This document shows positions 1-7,200 of a stretch of 7,896 nucleotides of DNA, in pieces. How positions within the stretch are numbered: the stretch's first letter is position 1; each line of letters opens with the position of its first letter. The stretch lies in the NCBI GenBank assembly GCA_000388065.2, contig KB932239.1. One strand, written 5' to 3'. The DNA comes from Fonticula alba ATCC 38817 (lineage: Eukaryota; Protista; Nucleariida). Position numbers and translations under genes: made by a program. The notes beneath the pieces are model-generated. The model did no database searches. It was not told the origin of the DNA and worked only from the letters and a program-made list of their open reading frames with translations.

Positions 1-2
1 AG

Positions 3-414
3 TAACTCGGCTTGAGACGAGTTAGTGGCAAGCGAAAATAGAAAGGAACTCGGATGTTAAAAAGGGTTCGAGAGGAAGCCTTAGAACAGGTGTTCGTCGG
101 CCTAACTGGTGCTTCGGCTATACTTCCGTATACTCTTCGACACACAGCTGCTAAGGCTTTCGCTCTCAGGAGGCTCTCAACGAGAGTCCCCCTTTTTGAC
201 CTTTGGGCTCGGTCAGGGGTTGGAACTGAGAACCCCGCGGCTGGGCCCGCCCACCCGCGTATCTCCGTCCTCGGTCGAGCGTTTATGCCGCTCGGCCTCG
301 GCGGCCACCTGGCTGTTGTTCTACCCCGCATTCCTCTCCGAGGAATGCTGTTCTGGGATGCTATCATTCCCACGATGTAACACGTGTGGCAATTCACTCA
401 CGTGTTGCTTCATC
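3..414 (+). other. Unidentified hairpin-dense element (possible structured RNA or foreign insert)
   Basis: Inverted repeats read directly: 3-9/18-24, 46-51/64-69, 76-84/151-159 (perfect 9 bp), 119-123/128-132, 169-178/182-190, 197-201/211-215, 216-221/231-236, 237-245/250-258, 273-281/289-297, 328-336/340-348 (perfect 9 bp), 354-360/365-372, 377-386/399-408. GC is 231/420. No family recognised. Confidence 0.55.
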
Positions 415-420
415 TATCGT

Positions 421-982
421 TTACATGGGGATTCCACTACAGGTCGCGAGGTGCACGAGGTCACCGAGGCCGCCTGCGGCCTCGGAGCTGGTGGCCGTGG
501 CGTTGGTTCCACGGAGCTCCTCCATCGCCGAAGAAGAAACACCGCCCCTGGCGTTGGTCTCGAGGCGAAGAAGCTGCTTCTGCTGCTGCTGCTGCTGCTG
601 CTGTAGGGCGATTTCAGCACCCGGGGAATGGGAAACGCTGCGGGTCCCCGTGGCGAGGGGCATGTCGATGGCCGATGGGGCCATCCCTGGCGAAGGAGCG
701 CGGCTGGTCGGGCCGCCATTGGCGAGCTGTGCCCGGAGTTGGGCGGTTCGGAGGACCTGGTCAAGTTGCGCCCGGGAGATGCTCCCCCCGGCCACGGTGC
801 CGGCAGCCGGCTGGTCGGCCGAGCCGGCGTTCTGTGACGAGGAAAAGGCAGCCTGGATGCACTGGCGAAGATCGGCCTCACTGAGATCCAGGATGTGTGA
901 GGGAATGGAGATATTGACGGCGGATGGCTGGGTGGACTTGCTCGATAGGTCCTGCTGCGGCTGCGGCTGCGGCTGCTGCTGC

Positions 983-1057
<75 letters not shown>

Positions 1058-1570
1058 CGGAGCTGCCAGAGCTGCTGCACCTGCGCCTGCTGCGCCTGTT
1101 GCTGGAGGATGAAGGAGGCATCGGATGCGGAATCGACCATATCCGCATCCTGACTGGGGACACTTGTGGAGCCGGGTTGGAGACTGGCAGTGGGATTGCC
1201 GTTGCTGGCACCGGCCGACGGCTCAATCAGAGAAATCAGCCCGAAGGAATGGTGTGCACCGGTGCCTGGCAGTGGGGGCCGGGGTGCCTGCTGCGCCGCC
1301 AGTGGGCCGGACACCGAGAGCATAGACACACTGGTCGAAAGGGCCGGCGAATCGGGTCCAGAAACAGAGCTGGCTGTCGGCGTGGCGGCAACATTGCCTC
1401 GCTGTCCGGACAGCAGCTGGGCTTGCGATAGGGCGCGCATTTGTTCCGGAGATAGATTCGGCAGAAGCTGCTCCAGGATTGCCTGCAGGGGGATGGTTGC
1501 CACCTCGGGCTGCACACCAGCCATGGCAGTCTGTCCATGTGGGAGATTCAGCTGCATCTGCTGCTGCTGC

Positions 1571-1602
<32 letters not shown>

Positions 1603-1603
1603 C

Positions 1604-1680
<77 letters not shown>

Positions 1681-3190
1681 CTGAAGGAGGGCCTGGATGA
1701 AATCCGACCGAAGGAGCGCAGACTGCTGCTCCAAGAGCAGGCTCTTGGCTGCTGCATCTTCTGAAGATACGGTGCCATCGAAGGAGCCGCCGTTGCCGGG
1801 TGCCGAAGCATAGGACTGGCTGAAGAGCCCATTGCCGCTGGCTGACGGCCCGGACACCTGCATCGCCCCGGCATCCAGCGGCGAAACCGCCCCACTGGAG
1901 GAGGAACCCGCCGCCAACGAAGTGCTTGACGATGAGGCTGACAGGAGGCCCCCGGGTACGCTGCCGAAGGCCCCAGGCCCCGGCGACGGGGTCGACCCCG
2001 GCGTCGGGGACATCATCAGTCCCGAGAAGGGCATGTCCAGGAAGGATCCCGGTCGGCTGCGAGAAGCGGCCGGCTGGGATTGGGCAGCCGCCGCCGCGGC
2101 CGCCTCGCTGATGACCTCCAGTCGAGCAATGCTCGAGGCAGCCTGGAGCTGGCTCATGCGTGCCGGGGAGGAGCCCCGCCGGTTGCGGTTGATTGGCGAG
2201 TGACTGGACAACCGCGCGGCGCTGGTCATGGTGGAACCGACCCCGGCACTGGCAACCACCGTGGTCTGGTGCGAAGGCCCGGCGGCCGGCGGCCCGGCCC
2301 CGCCGGGGGCCAGGTCGCTCGCCCCGGCGCCCGCCCCACCACCGAAGGACGCCTGATGGCTGGAGGTCATGCTCGGGAGGGAGAAGCGTCGAGTAAAGCG
2401 CCCCGTCGTGGCGGAAATCCCATGAGGCCCGGAGCCCGGCCCGCCGGCATGCTGATGGGCCCCCCCATGGAAGGAGCCCGGGCTGGGGCCCGAGCCACCG
2501 GCGAAGTGGCCACTGGGCGAGGCAAAGTGCGCAGACGCACTGCCAGGCCCCGGCGAGGGGGTGGTCGTCAGCAAGCCAGACACCGCGGTCGGGTTCATGG
2601 TGGCCGGCGAGGAGCTGGCCGACTTGGAAGAGGTCAGCCCGCTGCCCCCGGGGCCGGCGGTGTACAGCGGACTGACCAAGGGGCTGGATGCATTTGCCCG
2701 ATGCACGGCCGTCGCCAGGTGCGCCTGCTGGAAGGATTGGTGCGGCGCATGGCCACTGGCCGCCGGAGCCGAGGGCGGGGGGAATCCAAGTCCCATGCCG
2801 CCGGACAGGGTGCCAGACGCCCCGCCGGCCCCGAGCAGGGTCGACGATGCGGCACCATCGGCCAAGCCGAGCTGCGCCGACGACGAACTCCCAGCACTGC
2901 CGACCGGCGAAGGCATCCCCTGGTGCATGGTGGTCATGTTGCCAGCCTCCAGCGCCCCGGCGTCCAGGGTCTCCAGTGTGGCGACAATCGACTCGTTGCT
3001 GCTGCTCGCTGAGGCAGCAGCCCCGAGAGCCGAGTCGGAAAGGACCGCACGGAGTGCCGGCCGTGTGGCGCTGCCCCCGGTCCCGCCACTGGCGAAGGTG
3101 CCGGGCGGGGTGCCGGTGCCGCTGGCCAGGCCGCCGAAGGGCGAGGCGGCCGCTGCCGTTGTTCCTGCGGCGGCGGGGCCGGTGGCGGGC

Positions 3191-3222
<32 letters not shown>

Positions 3223-3508
3223 TTGCTGTTGTTGCTGCTGTTGTTGCTGTTGCTGCTGGAAGTTGAAACAGCTCAGAGCAAAGAGGTCAACGCCGGGCTG
3301 CTTCGACGAAGTGCCAATGTCGGCCTGCCAGATCCCCGGGCGCGAGGGCATCGCCTGGAGCCCGGGAGAGCCGCCGACAAATCCAAGCTGCTGGAGCTGC
3401 TGGAATTGCTGCTGGAGCTGGGCCTGCTGTTGCTGGGCGGCCTGCATCGTGCCGGCGGCTGGAACTGCCGGCGAAGAGGGAAGTGAGATCGAGACACCGC
3501 CTTGAGCA

Positions 3509-3544
<36 letters not shown>

Positions 3545-4827
3545 TGCTGCTGTTGGAAGGCCAATTGAGCGGCGTTGGAGATGCCACTGTGGCTGGTGGG
3601 CGGACTTGCGTTCCCGAGCGCAGGCGATCCCATCCACCCGCCACCCGGGCCGAGCCCGGTCAGAGCCCCGCCATTCCCGATGAGCAGCTCGCCCGGGGGG
3701 AATTCCATGGCCACCAGACCCCCCGGAGCCGAGAGGGACCCACCTGCGGCCACGAGCCACGCGGGATTGCCGCCGGCCATCGGGCCGCCGCCGACCAGTG
3801 ACTGAAGCATGGCCGCCGCCGGGCCATTGCCCGGGGTCTGGCCAAAGGGCAATGGCTGGGCGGCCATCGAGCCGGTGGCCATCGCCCCGCCCGGAGGGAG
3901 GGCCACTGTCGGAGAGGAGGCCGACGAAGCGCCAGTCGAGGCTGAGCCGCCACCGGTCAAAAGCCCGATGCCCGGAGGCGCACCGCTGGTCCCTGCCGTG
4001 GACGCTGCCGCTGCCGCCGCCGCCGCCGCCGCCGCCGCCGCAAATTGCTGCAAACTTCCCTGCTGGAAGAGCTGCGGCGAGATGAACTGCGACTGCTGGG
4101 CCGAGGGGTCCGGCTGCGACTGGGACTGCTGGTGCTGGTGGTGCTGCGGCTGCGGCTGCGGCTGCGGCTGCGACTGCGACTGCTGCTGCTGGGCCGTGGA
4201 AGAAGACAGGCCTCCGCTGGGGGCCAAGGAATAGACCGCCGGCAGGACCAGACCGCCGGCTTGGTCGGCCGGCGACACGGGAGTCTGGCCAAAGGGCGTC
4301 GAGGCTGTGCCCGACCCGCCGGGCATGCCGCCAAAGAAGGGCATGCCCTTGAGCATGGCACTCGGGTCGTGCAGGGGGAATTGCATGCTCGGGTTGGGAT
4401 ATGCCTCGGACATGGCGAAGCTGGCGCCCTGGGGAAGGGTCCCGCCGGGGCCGAAGAAGAGCGGCGTCATCTGCGGAAGACCGCTGCCCGGGTGGTACAT
4501 GAGCGAATGCTTGCCGGAGGTCGAGGGAGGCGGCTTGGTGCCGCGCACCGAACCGGGCCCGGCATCGGCCGATCCGTGGCCATTGCTAATGAGCCCCATG
4601 ACCGTGGCCGAGAGGGGCTTGTCGCCGTGCGTGAATTGGCCATTCTTGATGCTCTTCAGCTGCTGGTTGTGGATGACCGTGATGTGCTTCACCAGGTCGG
4701 GGTGGCGCTTGAAGGCGGTGTTGCAGAAATCACACGAGTGTGGCTTGCCCTCGATGTGGCAGTCAACATGGCTGACGGCATTGCTCCGAGTCTTGAACGG
4801 CCGTCCGAGCCGGTCGCAGCCCTTCCA
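421..4827 (-). CDS. Coding exon 3 (1468 codons + TAA): rest of finger 2, finger 3 and a Q/A/S/G/P-rich C-terminal region
   Basis: Acceptor CCCCAG|TGG AAG GGC TGC at 4828/4827, in the frame of the 1555-aa track ORF from its residue 88. Stop TAA at 423-421. Confidence 0.85.
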
Positions 4828-6034
4828 CTGGGGAGATTGTGTTCGAGGCGAGGAAAGGCGGCAGGGAGGTGAGTGCTTCGGCATTTTGATGATGCAAAAT
4901 GGGGAGGGGGGCCGGCCATGGGAGCGCGCGGTTGCATCCCCCGTGATGGTGGTGGGGGCGGGGGGGCGGGGGGGGGGGATGTCGGCGGTGGTCGGCGGCG
5001 CACCTTGCATACGAGGCACCGGTTCTTGCCGGCCACGGTGCCGATGTGCTCGGTGCTGATGTGGCGGCGCAGCTGGCGGCAAAAGCATGGTACGACATGT
5101 TAACAGAAGGAAGCACCAGAGGGAGACGTGGGAGGGCTGAGAGAGAGGCAGAGGGGAAAAGGAAGGCAGAGGCTAAATGGGGGAGCAGAGGCACGGAGGA
5201 GGGGGGCAGCAGCAGCTGCGGCATGCGGGAGGGCATGGCTGCTCCGCCCCCCCCCCCCCCCCCCCCCCCCTGGTGACGATGATGGCGCACCATCTCCGTC
5301 GAATTGAAGAGCATATTACAGCCCTGCCACTCGCAGAATTGCGACCCCTCGGGGATTTTGGGCTTGTCGGAGCCGGAAGTGGGCGAGCCGCTGTTCGACA
5401 CGGGCGCCGAGTGGCTTGGGGTGGTGGCCACGCTCGGGCCAGACTCGTGGAGGACCTCCTCGGCCGGTGTCGGGGAGGGGGACTTCACCGGGTCCGAGGC
5501 CTCCAACATTGAGGTGTCCAATGTCGGGGAGGACAGGCTCGAAGAGCTACCCGTCACCAGCAGGCCACGATTGCCCGCAAGGAGGGGGAAGCTGAGAGCA
5601 CCATGCGCGGTCTGTGGGTCCTGGGGCTTGTGGCCGGGAGGCTGCTGGCCGGGAGGCGACGGGTGGCTCGGAGGCTTCTGGTGGTCCCGGGGCTGCTGGG
5701 GCTGGGGCTGCTGGCCGTGAGATTGCTCCGCCTCGGGGTGCGGCGGAGACAGCGCCACATTCTCGGGCTGCTGGCCCGGGGGAGGGAGAAGCTTGCCTGT
5801 GCGCAGGTACTCCGCGGTCAGGAGGAAGTTCGCCGGCAGGTGGGAGCCGGAGGAAGTGGCAGGCAGCGATGGTGACGGAAGGGCACTGCGACTCGGGGTG
5901 TGGTCATTCGTCGAGTGGGTGACACGCATCGTCGGCGAGGAGAGGGCCATGATGGCCTCGATGGACTCGGCCAGCTGCTCATCGGTGTCCAGCGGCACGG
6001 CCGTGCGCGGGGACGCAGCCGGGGCCACCGCGGG

Positions 6035-6066
<32 letters not shown>

Positions 6067-6571
6067 GGGCGGAGGAAGACCCGGACTCGGCCGCGCAGGT
6101 GCGCTCTTCGGCATCGCCCATTTCCACATCGGCGCCGGACCAGCCGGCCGGTGGGATGGCATTGCGGGCGGCGGCAGACGCCGCGGCCATGGCCGCCACG
6201 ACGGCTGCCACCGAGGAAAGAGGGCCGCCAGAGTCGATGATCGGGGCGGGCGGCGAGGAGGCCGTGCCGTTGGTGGTGTCCTCCTTGGGGATCATGCTGA
6301 AGGAGGCAATCACCGAGGGAGGCAGCTTGGTGGCCAGGGTCGCGGCGTCGAGGAGCCCGGGGGACACGGGCTCCGATCGGGGCGGTGTGGCGGTGCTTGA
6401 GCCACTTAGACCGGCCTCGGTCGATCCCACGGTCAGGGGCTTCTGCGAGGCGAGGATGCCGACCTGCGAGGCGGCCTCGCCGGAGGCAGACTCCTCGGGC
6501 GAGGTGCCTGGCGAGTGGCGCGCGGTGGGGTCGGGTGCCCCGGTGGCGGGGAGGTTTCCAGGAGCCGACAT
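421..6571 (-). CDS. Spliced gene, join(complement 6571..5291, 5072..5004, 4827..421), about 1918 aa: PacC/Rim101-like three-finger C2H2 (tandem CWCH2) transcription factor with long polyQ/low-complexity regions
   Basis: Seen: removing two GT-AG introns gives one frame (1281+69+4407 nt) and rebuilds CEWQGCNMLFNSTEM|LRRHISTEH-IGTVAGKNRCLV-CK|WKGCDRLGRPFKTRSNAVSHVDCH-IEGKPHS-CDFCNTAFKRHPDLVKHITVIH, i.e. CX4CX12HX4H, CX4CX15HX3H, CX2CX12HX4H. Knowledge (recalled): Rim101 ZF1 CKWDNCGMIFNQPELLYNH; PacC ZF3 [21 protein letters not shown] (15/21 identical). Orthology, the start codon and the absence of further introns in exon 3 are unverified. Confidence 0.85.
580..603 (-). repeat. (CAG)8 encoding Q8
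   Basis: 8 CTG triplets on the + strand. Confidence 0.9.
952..1056 (-). repeat. CAG repeat encoding Q24 followed by PQQQPQPQPQQ
   Basis: CTG run at 985-1056 (one TTG interruption), then CTG/CGG alternation. Confidence 0.95.
1558..1683 (-). repeat. CAG/CAA trinucleotide repeat encoding Q42
   Basis: 42 consecutive CTG/TTG triplets on the + strand, in the CDS frame. Confidence 0.95.
3190..3258 (-). repeat. CAG/CAA repeat encoding Q23
   Basis: 23 CTG/TTG triplets. Confidence 0.95.
3511..3555 (-). repeat. CAG/CAA repeat encoding Q15
   Basis: 15 CTG/TTG triplets. Confidence 0.95.
4003..4041 (-). repeat. GCG/GCA repeat encoding A13
   Basis: CGC/TGC triplet run, in frame. Confidence 0.9.
4828..5003 (-). 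other. Spliceosomal intron 2 (176 nt, phase 0)
   Basis: Donor AAG|GTGCGCC, C-rich run, branch-like CACTCAC (4875-4869) and acceptor TCTCCCCAG. Removal restores C-K-W-K-G-C of ZF2. Confidence 0.9.
5004..5072 (-). CDS. Coding exon 2 (69 nt, LRRHISTEHIGTVAGKNRCLVCK): end of finger 1, linker and first Cys of finger 2
   Basis: Bounded by CAG acceptor (AG 5074-5073) and AAG|GTGCGC donor (5003). It supplies exactly the His pair needed to give ZF1 a 12-residue C-to-H spacing. Confidence 0.9.
5073..5290 (-). other. Spliceosomal intron 1 (218 nt, phase 0)
   Basis: Donor ATG|GTGCGCC, G24 run, pyrimidine-rich body, branch-like TGTTAAC (5105-5099) and acceptor GCCGCCAG. Removal restores ZF1. Confidence 0.9.
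5291..6571 (-). CDS. Coding exon 1 (427 codons): S/P/A-rich N-terminus ending in the first half of zinc finger 1
   Basis: ATG at 6571-6569. The frame is open to CEWQGCNMLFNSTEM, followed by donor GTGCGC at 5290. Beyond this point the track ORF reads through a poly-G intron as low-complexity sequence. Confidence 0.8.
6035..6064 (-). repeat. (GCC)10 encoding A10
   Basis: GGC x10 on the + strand within exon 1. Confidence 0.9.
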
Positions 6572-6583
6572 GTCGGGTTCTCT

Positions 6584-6925
6584 CTGTGGCCGGGGGGCAC
6601 ACGGGCTGGGGGGTTAGTTTTTGTCGGGCTCTTTTTTGTGTGTGTGTGTGTGTGTGTGTGAAGGACCAAGTGGGGAGGCCCGGCCGCCGGGCGGCTTCCT
6701 TCGCACCATATGACGGGGGAGAGAGAGGGGCCGGCGAAAAAAAGATGCTGGGTCTAGGCTCGGCCTGTCTCCCTTTATCCGCTTTCCGACGGCGCGGGGG
6801 TCTGCTATCGCCACATTTCGCCGGAGCCACGGCACATAGGGGGCGGGGTGCATGGGTGTCAGCAACATGGCCGGGGACAGGAGGCCGGCAGAAGGAGGGA
6901 GGGCCGAGGGCAAGCATGTACGGAC
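6584..6925 (-). other. Candidate 5' UTR intron ending 12 nt before the ATG (donor uncertain: 6925 or 6706)
   Basis: Branch consensus ACTAAC at 6618-6613 and CAG acceptor at 6586-6584. Possible donors are GAG|GTCCGT (6925) or ATG|GTGCGA (6706). Confidence 0.4.
6637..6660. repeat. (TG)12 dinucleotide microsatellite
   Basis: Read directly. Confidence 0.95.
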
Positions 6926-7128
6926 CTCTAGCTCAATGAGCGGCGAGGATGGAGACGAGGAGGGGCGTGGGGAAAGGAAGGGCAGGGGGGGGGGGTGATA
7001 TTCCGACGATGTGGATGCGATCTGGCGGCGGCGGCGGCGGCGACGGCGGCGACGACGACGGCGACAGCAGCAGCAGAAACAGTAGCGGCGGTGATGGCGG
7101 CGACGGAGGTCCGGAGAAGGAGGAGAGA

Positions 7129-7200
7129 CTATGGCAGAAGGACCAGGAAACAGTAACGCGTGAGCGTGAGAACGCGGTACTGCCGGCTGACAGGGCTTAC
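7129..7200 (-). other. Candidate 5' UTR intron (72 nt)
   Basis: GTAAGC donor, two CTCAC branch-like motifs (7170-7166 and 7164-7160), pyrimidine tract TGTTTCCTGGTCCTTCTGCC and TAG acceptor. There is no coding constraint to confirm it. Confidence 0.45.

Noticed and set aside
21-237. Short resemblances to LSU rRNA domain I (TTAGTGGCAAGCGAAA at 22-37, CCTTAGAACAGG at 79-90, TGAGAACCCCG at 227-237)
   Set aside because: The matches are short, their spacing does not fit rRNA, and they conflict with stronger local stems. No continuous rRNA homology is visible. A cmscan would settle it.
381-404. Two CACGTG E-boxes
   Set aside because: They are explained as the arms of the 377-408 hairpin, and there is no independent evidence of promoter function.
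3-414. CRISPR array or integron attC interpretation of the hairpins
   Set aside because: There is no recurring direct repeat with regular spacers, no full RYYYAAC/GTTRRRY pair, and the context is eukaryotic.
45-433. RNase P/MRP-like words (GGAACTCGG at 45-53; GAGAGTCCCC at 182-191 with GGGGATT at 427-433) and a hammerhead-like CTGAGAGCGAAA on the minus strand near 157-168
   Set aside because: The conserved cores are incomplete: no bulged P4, the partner overlaps the CDS, and there is no stem II or cleavage triplet context.
4763-5290. C-terminal 175 aa of the 602-aa track ORF and N-terminal 87 aa of the 1555-aa ORF
   Set aside because: These are read-through of introns 1 and 2. The spliced model restores intact zinc fingers.
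5291-6571. Calling the gene a true GLI
   Set aside because: It has only three fingers rather than five, no SYGH SUFU-binding motif and no TGEKP linkers, and ZF3 is PacC-type.
384-6939. Many + strand and alternate-frame ORFs (poly-C, poly-L, poly-A, poly-S, poly-R peptides)
   Set aside because: They are shadows of a GC-rich CDS with CAG/GCC repeats. No domain content was seen.
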